This document shows, piece after piece, positions 39,384 to 49,123 of a DNA stretch of 64,000 bases. Each line of letters opens with the position of its first letter. Within the stretch, counting starts at the first letter, position 1. The translations under genes were made by a program, and so were the position numbers. The notes under the pieces are model-generated. The model saw nothing but the letters and a program-made list of their open reading frames with translations, had not been told where the DNA came from and did not search any database. The DNA is from Gemmatimonadaceae bacterium (GTDB taxonomy: Bacteria > Gemmatimonadota > Gemmatimonadetes > Gemmatimonadales > Gemmatimonadaceae), in NCBI GenBank assembly GCA_044224875.1, contig JBGAJQ010000016.1, positions 1 to 64,000 of the forward strand, given 5' to 3'.

Positions 39384-40464
39384 CGCGTTCCTGCGACGCC
39401 AGGCCGCGCTTCGTGAGTGCCTGCGCACCAGCCATCTGGATGCCCTTCTCGTCTCCAGCCTGCCCAATATCAGATACCTGACCGGGTTTTCCGGGTCCAA
39501 TGCGCTGCTCCTGGTAGGGCCACGCGATTCGTTGCTCCTCACGGACTTTCGATACAAGACGCAGGCGGCCGCGGAATCGGCAGATGCGTCACGCGTCCAG
39601 ATCGAGCCGACTTCGTTGTGGACTGGCCTCTGGAGTGAACTGGCTCAAGCCGCTGCGATCAACGCGATCGGCTTCGAGTCGGCGCACATGCTCCATAGGG
39701 ACTTCGAACGGCTGCTTGACAAGGGACGCCGCTGGCAATGGCGCCCAGTGGTTGATCAGGTCGAGCAACTCCGAGAACGGAAAGACGCGGACGAAATTGC
39801 AGCGATACGCAAGGCGGCCGAGATCGGACGGACCGCGTTGGATCGCACGCTAGCGCAGGTGCGAGTTGGCGCGACGGAGCTTGACGTGTGCGGTGTTCTG
39901 GAGCATTCCCTACGTGTTGCCGGGAGCGAAAGTCATCCCTTTCCTCCGATTGTTGCGTCTGGACCAAGGAGCGCACTACCGCACGCACGTCCTTCGAGCC
40001 GTCCTATTGCGCTCGGCGACTTCCTGCTGTTGGATTTTGGAGCGACGTTTGGCGGGTACTGCAGCGACATCACTCGGACCGTGGTTGTCGGCAAGGCGTC
40101 CGATCGCCAGCGCGAAGTTTATGCGCTGGTGTTACACGCCAACGAGACGGCGCGCGCCCGTGTGCGCGCCGGCATGAAAGGCAAGGACGCTGATGCACTG
40201 GCGCGCAGTGTGATGGAGCAGGCGGGGATGGGCGAGGCATTCGGTCATTCGCTGGGACATGGTATTGGGTTGGAGGTGCACGAGTCGCCGAGGCTGTCGC
40301 GGACGGCCGATGCCACATTGCCAGTCGGAGCGGTAGTCACCATTGAACCTGGGGCGTACGAACCGGACTGGGGCGGCGTGAGAATCGAAGATGATGTGGT
40401 CCTGCAGTTGAACGGTGCTGACCTGCTGACGGACATTCCTCGTGACCTCGTTGAACTCTCGTAA
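39376..40464 (+). CDS. Xaa-Pro aminopeptidase (M24B)
   Basis: YLTGFSGS, YCSDITRT, HSLGHGIGLEVHE, TIEPG and GGVRIED. Confidence 0.93.
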   Translation: MADAFLRRQAALRECLRTSHLDALLVSSLPNIRYLTGFSGSNALLLVGPRDSLLLTDFRYKTQAAAESADASRVQIEPTSLWTGLWSELAQAAAINAIGFESAHMLHRDFERLLDKGRRWQWRPVVDQVEQLRERKDADEIAAIRKAAEIGRTALDRTLAQVRVGATELDVCGVLEHSLRVAGSESHPFPPIVASGPRSALPHARPSSRPIALGDFLLLDFGATFGGYCSDITRTVVVGKASDRQREVYALVLHANETARARVRAGMKGKDADALARSVMEQAGMGEAFGHSLGHGIGLEVHESPRLSRTADATLPVGAVVTIEPGAYEPDWGGVRIEDDVVLQLNGADLLTDIPRDLVELS

Positions 40465-40491
40465 GGCGATTCCGGACGTTACCATTCGCGT

Positions 40492-40992
40492 ATGATCGAT
40501 CTCCGATACGTCAAAAAGCTGATCGAAATGCTCGACGGCTCCAGCGTCGACTCGCTCGAGATCCTGACGGACAAGGGTCAACGAATCCGCATCTCCAAGT
40601 CGCCGCAGCGAGGAGCGGTTCCAATCGCAACACAGGTCCCGATTCCGGCGATCCTCAGCCCGCAGCCTGCGGTCCGGATGACGCCCGTGGAGGGGATGCA
40701 GGTGATTGCGGAGCCAGAGATTCGCGCAGAGCCGCCGAAGGCGTCGACGTGGCTCGAGGTGAAGTCACCGATGGTGGGGACGTACTACGCTCAGCCGGAG
40801 CCGGGCGCCAAGCCGTATGCGCCTGTCGGCTCGCGTATCGAGAAGGGCCAGGTTTTGTGCATCATCGAAGCCATGAAGATCATGAATGAGATCGAGTCCG
40901 AGTTCTCAGGCGTCGTGCGCGAGGTTTGCGTCGCGGACTCGCACCCGGTGGAATACGGCCAGGTCCTATTCCGGATCGATCCGAATGGCTAA
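40492..40992 (+). CDS. accB: Acetyl-CoA carboxylase biotin carboxyl carrier protein
   Basis: SPMVGT and EAMKIMNEI biotinylation motif. Confidence 0.96.
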   Translation: MIDLRYVKKLIEMLDGSSVDSLEILTDKGQRIRISKSPQRGAVPIATQVPIPAILSPQPAVRMTPVEGMQVIAEPEIRAEPPKASTWLEVKSPMVGTYYAQPEPGAKPYAPVGSRIEKGQVLCIIEAMKIMNEIESEFSGVVREVCVADSHPVEYGQVLFRIDPNG

Positions 40993-42160
40993 CCCGTCCA
41001 TCGCGCCCGATGGCGGCGCAGCGCCGGGTTCCGCGCGACAGCCGTTCAACTTCAAGGCAATCCTGCAGCAGATGGTGCAGGTGAATGCGTCGGACCTTCA
41101 CCTGAAGGTTGGGCGTCCTCCCACGCTGCGGATCAACGGCGACCTCTCTCCGATGCCGCTGCCGGCGCTGCGCCCCGAAGACCTGAGCACGCTGGCCAAG
41201 GAGATCATGGCGCCCAAGCAGGTGAAGGAGTTCGCCGAGTACCGTGAGGCGGACTTCGCGACGGGCGTGCCAGGCATCGGGCGATTTCGCGTGAACGCGT
41301 ACCAACAGCGCGGCACGATCGCGTTCGCGATTCGAACCATCCCACATCAAGCACGTTCCATCGGCGAGTTGAACTTGCCGCCGATCGTCGAAGAGGTTTC
41401 ACTGCTGCCGCGCGGCCTCGTGCTCGTCACGGGAATCACGGGCTCTGGGAAGTCCACAACGCTCGCGTCGATGATCCAGCTGATCAATGAGCGGCGGTAC
41501 GCGAACATCATCACCATCGAAGATCCCATCGAATTCCTGCACCGCGACCTCAAGTGCCACATCAACCAGCGTGAGGTCGGAACGGACACCGGGAGCTTTG
41601 CCCAGGCGCTGCGACGCGTGCTCCGCCAGGACCCCGATGTCGTGCTCATCGGCGAAATTCGAGACCTCGACACGCTCGACACCGCCCTCAAGGCCGCTGA
41701 CACGGGGCACTTGGTCTTCTCCACGTTGCACACGACAGATGCAACGCAGACGATCAACCGAATCCTGTCGTTCTATCCACCGCACCAGCAGAATGAGGTG
41801 CGGTATGCGCTGTCCAGTGCGCTGGCGGCGGTCATTAGCCAGCGGCTGGTGCCGCGTGCCGACCGACCGGGGCGTGTGCCGGCCTGCGAAGTGTTGATCA
41901 ACACAGCGGCGGTGCGTGAACAGATTCGAGACATGGCGAAGTCGCTGAACATTCCGGAACTCATCAAGGAGGGCACGGTGCAGTACGGAATGCAGAGCTT
42001 CGATCAATCGCTGATGCAGTGGTATTCGCGGGGCGCGATCTCGTACGAAAATGCCGTCTTCTCGGCGACGAACCCCAGCGAATTCGCGTTGCGAGTGCAG
42101 GGAGTGGCCGCATCCAGCGACACCTCCTGGGACGATTTTCAGAAGGACCAGACCGCGTAG
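40985..42160 (+). CDS. PilT/PilU family type IV pilus retraction ATPase
   Basis: ASDLHL, RFRVN, GITGSGKSTT, TIEDPIE, LRQDPDVVLIGEIRD, TGHLVFSTLHT and GMQSFDQSL. Confidence 0.93.
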   Translation: MANPSIAPDGGAAPGSARQPFNFKAILQQMVQVNASDLHLKVGRPPTLRINGDLSPMPLPALRPEDLSTLAKEIMAPKQVKEFAEYREADFATGVPGIGRFRVNAYQQRGTIAFAIRTIPHQARSIGELNLPPIVEEVSLLPRGLVLVTGITGSGKSTTLASMIQLINERRYANIITIEDPIEFLHRDLKCHINQREVGTDTGSFAQALRRVLRQDPDVVLIGEIRDLDTLDTALKAADTGHLVFSTLHTTDATQTINRILSFYPPHQQNEVRYALSSALAAVISQRLVPRADRPGRVPACEVLINTAAVREQIRDMAKSLNIPELIKEGTVQYGMQSFDQSLMQWYSRGAISYENAVFSATNPSEFALRVQGVAASSDTSWDDFQKDQTA

Positions 42161-42187
42161 CAAACGCGCGGCCCACTCGCCTCGACC

Positions 42188-43543
42188 ATGTTTAAGAAAG
42201 TTCTCGTCGCGAATCGCGGAGAAATCGCACTGCGCGTCATTCGCGCCTGTCGCGAGCTTGGTGTGGAGACGGTCGCCGTGTACTCCGAGGCCGACCGCGA
42301 ATCGCTGCACGTGCGTTTTGCCGATGACGACGTATGCATTGGCCCGGCCCCCGCACGTGATTCGTACCTGAAGATCCCACGATTGATTGCCGCCGCCGAG
42401 ATCACCGGCGCCGACGCCATTCACCCAGGCTATGGGTTTCTCGCGGAAAACGCGGAGTTCGCCGAGACCTGTGCGGCGTCCAACATCACGTTCATCGGCC
42501 CCACCGCCGATCAGATTCGGGTGATGGGTGACAAGGCCGCTGCGCGCAAGGCGATGATGGACGTTGGCGTGCCGATCGTCCCAGGCACGCCGGGGCCCGT
42601 CGAAGATCCCGACGAGGCCATGAATTTCGCGAGGGAAATCGGATTCCCCGTCATCATCAAGGCCGCAGCCGGCGGCGGCGGGAAGGGGATGCGCGTCGCG
42701 AAGGACGTCGACGAGTTCATCCGGTCATTCTCGCTGGCCCGATCCGAGGCGTTGTCGGCGTTTGGCAACGGTGACGTCTACGTGGAGAAGTACCTCACGC
42801 GGCCGCGTCATATCGAGTTCCAGATCCTCGGGGACACGCACGGCAACGTGATCCACCTTGGTGAGCGCGACTGCTCCGTGCAGCGCCGACACCAGAAGTT
42901 GATCGAGGAGGCCCCCAGTCCGGCGATGACTCCCGAGTTGCGCGCGGTGATGGGCGAGGCCGCGGTGCGGGGCGCCAAGGCCATCGACTACGTCGGTGCC
43001 GGCACCATCGAGATGCTGTTGGATGAGGATCGCAGCTTCTTCTTCATGGAGATGAACACCCGGATCCAGGTCGAACACCCGGTCACGGAGCAGCTGACGG
43101 GGATTGACCTGGTGAAGGAGCAGATTCGGGTGGCCGCGGGTGAGCGGCTGAGCGTGTTGGAGCTACCGACGCTGCGTGGGCACGTGATCGAGTGCCGAAT
43201 CAACGCGGAGGATCCTTCCAGGGGATTTCAGCCCTCGCCCGGACGCATCGATGTGTTCCACCCACCGGGAGGTCCTGGTGTCCGACTCGACACGCACGTG
43301 TATGCGGGCTATACCGTGCCGCCCTACTATGATTCGCTATTGGCCAAGTTGATCGTGCAGGGGCGCGATCGCGAAGAGGCGATTCGTCGCATGCACATGG
43401 CATTGGAGAGTTTTATCATCGAGGGAGTTACCACGACTGCCCCATTCCTCGCGCGCGTCATGATGCACGAGAAGTTCAGGGCGGGTGATGTGGATACGAA
43501 GTTTCTGGAGCGCGAGTCGAGCCTGTTCAAGGAGCCGGTGTAG
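42188..43543 (+). CDS. accC: Biotin carboxylase
   Basis: [25 protein letters not shown] and [14 protein letters not shown]. Confidence 0.96.
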   Translation: MFKKVLVANRGEIALRVIRACRELGVETVAVYSEADRESLHVRFADDDVCIGPAPARDSYLKIPRLIAAAEITGADAIHPGYGFLAENAEFAETCAASNITFIGPTADQIRVMGDKAAARKAMMDVGVPIVPGTPGPVEDPDEAMNFAREIGFPVIIKAAAGGGGKGMRVAKDVDEFIRSFSLARSEALSAFGNGDVYVEKYLTRPRHIEFQILGDTHGNVIHLGERDCSVQRRHQKLIEEAPSPAMTPELRAVMGEAAVRGAKAIDYVGAGTIEMLLDEDRSFFFMEMNTRIQVEHPVTEQLTGIDLVKEQIRVAAGERLSVLELPTLRGHVIECRINAEDPSRGFQPSPGRIDVFHPPGGPGVRLDTHVYAGYTVPPYYDSLLAKLIVQGRDREEAIRRMHMALESFIIEGVTTTAPFLARVMMHEKFRAGDVDTKFLERESSLFKEPV

Positions 43544-43544
43544 G

Positions 43545-44291
43545 GTGAAGGTTGATGTGGTGTTTGGCGCCGGTGCCATTGCACCGGCCGATGCACACGG
43601 TCGCATTGTGGTGGTGATCGACGTTCTCCGTGCTTCCACCTCGATCGCGGTGGCGTTGCACAACGGGGCGCGCACGGTGGTGCCGTTCGAGAGCGCCGAC
43701 GAAGCAGTGGCCCGCGCCAAGTCCTTCGATCGCAGCGACTACGTGTTGGCTGGCGAGCGGCGCATGCAACCCATACCCGGGTTCGATCTCGGCAATTCGC
43801 CCAGCAGCTTCTCCGCGTCGGCCGTGGAGGGCCGGACTGTGCTTATGACGACCTCGAATGGCACGGCGGCTCTCGTTGCCACTCAGGGCGCCCATGAGGC
43901 GTTTGTCGGCGGATTCGTGAACCTCTCGGCGGTGCTGGAGGTGTTGCGAGCGCCGGAGCGGAAGGAGGCGCAGGTGACGCTCGTGTGCGCGGGTAACGAC
44001 CGCCGATTCTCGCTGGAGGACGCGGTGTGTGCCGGGCGGTTTGTTCGTGACTTGGCGGCGAGCGACCGGTCGTTGGAGCTGACTGACGCTTCGCGCGCCG
44101 TGCGCGTGCTGGACAAGCGCTATGGCGACAACATGGCGCGCTTGTTCAAGGATGCCGATCACGCGCGTGCCTTGGTCAGCGCGGGCTACGCGGATGACCT
44201 CGCGGTCTGTGGGGCGACCGACACGTATCCGGTTGTCCCTGTGTATGCCGACCGATTGATTACACGCATGGGACACGAGCGAGAGAAATAG
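43545..44291 (+). CDS. comB: 2-phosphosulfolactate phosphatase family protein
   Basis: VVIDVLRAST, GER...FDLGNSP, TTSNGT and EDAVCAG. Confidence 0.9.
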   Translation: MKVDVVFGAGAIAPADAHGRIVVVIDVLRASTSIAVALHNGARTVVPFESADEAVARAKSFDRSDYVLAGERRMQPIPGFDLGNSPSSFSASAVEGRTVLMTTSNGTAALVATQGAHEAFVGGFVNLSAVLEVLRAPERKEAQVTLVCAGNDRRFSLEDAVCAGRFVRDLAASDRSLELTDASRAVRVLDKRYGDNMARLFKDADHARALVSAGYADDLAVCGATDTYPVVPVYADRLITRMGHEREK

Positions 44292-44294
44292 GGC

Positions 44295-46559
44295 GTGGGC
44301 GATTCGCTGCGACGCGAATTGACGGGGATCGCCCTGCTGCTGGCAGCCGTCTTCGTGGGAGGCGCGTTGCTCCTGCAGCCGCTGCCCGTTGGTCAGTCAT
44401 GCCTGCACGTCGGTGGCTTCTTTGGGCCGGTCGGTGCCTGCCTGAAGCAGGGGCTGCTGGCGTCCATCGGCGCGATCGGCGCTGCGTTGATCCCGTTGGC
44501 AGGCGCGATACACGCGCTTCGCCTGTTTGGACGCCTGCAGTCGTCGACGGATCGGTCGTGGCTCGTGTTCCTCTTCGGTGCGGCGATCCTCGTTCCCGTG
44601 GTGGCCGGGCTTGCCACCGGGGCCCCGCCTGACGCGACCTTCGTGGCAGGCGTTTGGGGCAACTTCGTCGCGTTTTACCTGACGAAGGCATTGGGTGGGG
44701 TAGGGGCGTGGATCTTCGTGTTCCTCGCCGGATCCGCCCTGATGGCGATCACCCTCCGATGGAACCCCGTTCGCATGCTGGTGGGACCGGGTGGCGCGCT
44801 TTCGCGTGCGAACGATGGCGGGCCGACGTTGGCCTCGCGCATGGAGCCGCCTCCCGAGGAAATGCCGGCGATCGCGCCTGGCTCGGGGCGGGACCCCATA
44901 GCCGCGCCGGCCGAAACTCCCGCACCCACACGCCGCCCCCGCAAGACGACGACCGCGCAGGTCGAGGAGCCCGCCACGCCACCGCAGGTGGAAATGCCGT
45001 TAGGCGATGTGCTCGCCGACGAGCTGCCATCGCCGGAATTGCTGACCGCCGTACCGACCTCGAACGTCGAGTTGGAGCAACGCGAACTCGACGCGATGGG
45101 GCAGAAGCTGATGGACGCACTACGCACGTTTCGCGTGGACGGCGAGTTGGTGGGGCGAACGACGGGACCCGTGGTGACGCAGTATGAGATTGAGCCCGCG
45201 CCCGGCGTGAAGGTGCGGCAGTTTGCGAACCTTGCCAACGATCTCGCCTTGGCCATGCGCGCTCCGAGCATTCGCGTCGTGGCCCCCATTCCAGGACGCG
45301 GGGCAGTGGGTGTGGAAGTCCCAAATCCCACGGCATCGATCGTCGGATTTCGCGACATGATCGAATCCCGGGAATTTCAGGGAGCCCGCGCATCGCTCCC
45401 CATCGCCCTTGGAAGGGATCTCGAGGGTCGCGCCATCGTCGCCGACCTCGCGAAGATGCCGCACCTCCTGATCGCCGGAGCAACGGGATCCGGGAAATCC
45501 GTATGCGTCAACACGATTGTCACGAGCCTGATCTATCGGCACACCCCCAAGACGCTGCGATTCCTGATGGTGGACCCGAAGATGGTTGAGCTGTCGGTCT
45601 ACAACCATCTCCCGCACCTGAAATACCGAGTCATCACGGACAATCGCGACGCGGCGGATGTGCTCAAGTGGGCCGTCATCGAAATGCAGGAGCGGTACGA
45701 ATTGCTGGCCGCGAACGGCGCGCGCAACGTGCAAGAGTTCAACAAGCGGGTGCAGGATGGCGCCGCGCTGCTGACACCGAAGCGCCCCGACGTTTCCTTC
45801 GAGGACCGCACGTATCGCGCGGGGATCCTGCCGTACATCGTGGTGGTCATCGATGAGTTGGCGGACCTGATGATGACCGTGGCCGGTGAGGTGGAGCGAC
45901 CATTGGCCATGCTCGCGCAAAAGGCGCGGGCCATCGGGATCCACCTCATTCTCGCGACGCAGCGCCCCAGCGTGAACGTCATCACGGGCCTGATCAAGGC
46001 GAATTTTCCAAGCCGTATTGCGTTCCGGGTCGCCTCCCAGGTGGACAGCCGCACCATCATCGACGGAGTGGGTGCCGAAGCGTTGTTAGGCAACGGCGAC
46101 ATGTTGTTCATTCCGCCGGGAAAGTCGGAACCGCAGCGCTTGCAGGGCGCGTTCATTCCTGGCGACGACACCGAGCGCCTAACGAAGTGGTTCGAGGCGC
46201 GGACCTTCGCGCGTCGTGCGGCACTCGAGGCACGCGGCGCTGGCGCCCTTGAAGCCGAGGAGCCCGACATCCTGCAGGAAGTTCGGCTACGTGAAGCCGC
46301 CGCCATGGGGATGGACGAAGACGAAGAGGGAACCCCCGGCGAGCGCGACGACTTGTTCCGGCGGGCAGCCGAGACGTGCATCCAGCACAAGCTCGGTTCG
46401 ACGTCGCTGCTCCAGCGTAAGCTCGGGATCGGATACGGCCGCGCGGCACGGATCATTGACCAGCTCCATGAGGCCGGTGTGCTCGGCCCGCCGAACGGAT
46501 CGAAGCCGCGCGAGATTCTCGTCGGGCTCGAGGACCTGGACCGCATCGACGCTTCGTAG
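44295..46559 (+). CDS. ftsK: DNA translocase FtsK
   Basis: N-terminal transmembrane segments, PHLLIAGATGSGKS, IDELADLMM, ATQRPS and gamma domain (LQRKLGIGYGRAARIID). Confidence 0.96.
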   Translation: MGDSLRRELTGIALLLAAVFVGGALLLQPLPVGQSCLHVGGFFGPVGACLKQGLLASIGAIGAALIPLAGAIHALRLFGRLQSSTDRSWLVFLFGAAILVPVVAGLATGAPPDATFVAGVWGNFVAFYLTKALGGVGAWIFVFLAGSALMAITLRWNPVRMLVGPGGALSRANDGGPTLASRMEPPPEEMPAIAPGSGRDPIAAPAETPAPTRRPRKTTTAQVEEPATPPQVEMPLGDVLADELPSPELLTAVPTSNVELEQRELDAMGQKLMDALRTFRVDGELVGRTTGPVVTQYEIEPAPGVKVRQFANLANDLALAMRAPSIRVVAPIPGRGAVGVEVPNPTASIVGFRDMIESREFQGARASLPIALGRDLEGRAIVADLAKMPHLLIAGATGSGKSVCVNTIVTSLIYRHTPKTLRFLMVDPKMVELSVYNHLPHLKYRVITDNRDAADVLKWAVIEMQERYELLAANGARNVQEFNKRVQDGAALLTPKRPDVSFEDRTYRAGILPYIVVVIDELADLMMTVAGEVERPLAMLAQKARAIGIHLILATQRPSVNVITGLIKANFPSRIAFRVASQVDSRTIIDGVGAEALLGNGDMLFIPPGKSEPQRLQGAFIPGDDTERLTKWFEARTFARRAALEARGAGALEAEEPDILQEVRLREAAAMGMDEDEEGTPGERDDLFRRAAETCIQHKLGSTSLLQRKLGIGYGRAARIIDQLHEAGVLGPPNGSKPREILVGLEDLDRIDAS

Positions 46560-46667
46560 CCGTCAGGGACAACCCTCGTCGTCGACCGATTGACGGCAGC
46601 GGCGAAATGATACGGATGGCGTGAAAACGGTGACGGTGCCGTGACCGGTCGCCCATAGCTTCGGCCC

Positions 46668-47042
46668 ATGTCGAACGAGCGACAGGTCTTTGGGCTGGCG
46701 GGGGAACGGGTCGCGGAGCGGTGGCTCCGCCAACGGGGCTGGAAGGTGCTGCAGCGCCGTTTCCGTTCCGGTCACCGGGACATCGACTTGATCGCTGAGC
46801 GAAATGGGCTGGTGGCGTTTGTGGAAGTGAAGGCGCGGAGTGGCGAGGGGTTCGGCGACCCGGTCGAGGCCGTTAACTGGCGAAAAAAGAACGAGTTAGT
46901 ACGCTCCGCCTCCGTGTGGATCGACCGGAATGGCCGGCCCGGCGAGCAATACCGGTTCGATGTCATCGGGGTTCTGATCCAAGGCGAGCGGGTCCGTGTC
47001 CGCCACGTCGCCAATGCCTTCTCGATGGCAACTCGCGGTTGA
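46668..47042 (+). CDS. yraN: YraN/UPF0102 family endonuclease-like protein
   Basis: GE..A..WL, DIDLIA, FVEVKAR, EAV and RFDVI. Confidence 0.88.
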   Translation: MSNERQVFGLAGERVAERWLRQRGWKVLQRRFRSGHRDIDLIAERNGLVAFVEVKARSGEGFGDPVEAVNWRKKNELVRSASVWIDRNGRPGEQYRFDVIGVLIQGERVRVRHVANAFSMATRG

Positions 47043-47080
47043 AATCGTAGGGGACTTTCGTATTTTGTTCGGGGTATCGT
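47039..47080 (+). promoter_or_regulatory. recA promoter with candidate operator
   Basis: TTGAAA-16 nt-TATTTT overlapped by CTTTCGTATTTTGTTCGGG (47055-47073), whose reverse complement matches the uvrB upstream motif at 16 of 19 positions. Confidence 0.55.
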
Positions 47081-47152
47081 CTCTTTCGGGCCACGTCGGT
47101 AGATTCCGGTCGGTGGCCAGAGCAGTTCAACACCAAACCCTCGGGTGAGTAC

Positions 47153-48199
<1,047 letters not shown>

Positions 48200-48220
48200 C
48201 AGCAGCAACACCACTCGGCC

Positions 48221-48313
48221 AAGCGATTTTGGGGCCGGAGGGTCGCTCTCTGAGTAAGATGGTGCCCGGTACACCTCTTTTCTCAGAAAGCTTCACTCCG
48301 GCCTCTCGCTTTT
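48221..48313 (+). promoter_or_regulatory. Long imperfect hairpin between recA and recX (attenuator/terminator candidate)
   Basis: Nested pairings AAGCGA/TCGCTT, GGGGCCGGAG/CTCCGGCCTC, GCT/AGC, TCTGAG/CTCAGA, AAGA/TCTT and GGTG/CACC, ending in TTTT. Confidence 0.6.
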
Positions 48314-48350
48314 CCTCCATCCGCCACCTCGATCGGGACACGGAGCCAAA

Positions 48351-49067
48351 GTGAGCGGTACCCTGCGCACCATCACCGACATCCGAGAGAAATCGGCCGG
48401 CTCCGGCCTGTATCTCGTCCTTGTTGACGGCAGCCCGATGGGAGTGATATCAGCGGCCTCAATCGCGTCGCTGAGCCTGCGAATTGGAAGCACACTCGAT
48501 GTGCGTGCTATGGACCGCCTCCAGGACGCGGTCGCCGAGCAGGGAGTCTTTGACAAGGCCGTCCAGTTGCTTACCGTGCGTCGACGGGCGACGCAGGAGT
48601 TGCATCGACGTTTGATCAGGGCAGGAGCGGGCAAGGTGCATGTGGAGGCCGCCATTCGGCGACTCACGGCTCTCGGATACCTGAATGACTCCGCCTACGC
48701 CGACGCGATGGTGCGGACGAAGTTGATTGACGGAGGCGCCTCACGGCGACGCGTCCAGCAGGAGCTGTTCAAGAAGGGCGTGTCACGAGAGGTGGCCGAT
48801 GCCGCACTGGCGCAGGTTGCCGATCAGTACCAGGCCAACGAGGCCGCATCGGCGCTCACGCTCGCGCGAAAGCGGCTCCGTTCTCTTCGGGCCCTCGATA
48901 GTGCCACACGCCGCCGCAGGCTTTACGGCTTTCTGGCGCGCCGCGGTTACGACCCGAGCGCCGTTGCGGCCGCGATGAAGGCTCTCGGAGAGGAGCTGGC
49001 GAGCGACCAGATCGGATCCGACGACGAAGAGGCGCGTGAGGACCTGGAGGAGCAGGGCGACGAGTAG
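48351..49067 (+). CDS. recX: Regulatory protein RecX
   Basis: RRRATQEL, GYLNDSAYA, QELFKKGV and FLARRGY; follows recA. Confidence 0.9.
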   Translation: MSGTLRTITDIREKSAGSGLYLVLVDGSPMGVISAASIASLSLRIGSTLDVRAMDRLQDAVAEQGVFDKAVQLLTVRRRATQELHRRLIRAGAGKVHVEAAIRRLTALGYLNDSAYADAMVRTKLIDGGASRRRVQQELFKKGVSREVADAALAQVADQYQANEAASALTLARKRLRSLRALDSATRRRRLYGFLARRGYDPSAVAAAMKALGEELASDQIGSDDEEAREDLEEQGDE

Positions 49068-49123
49068 CGGTAGTGCCGCGCGAGGTCTCGTGATAATTGA
49101 GAGTCCCCTATATTCATGGGACC

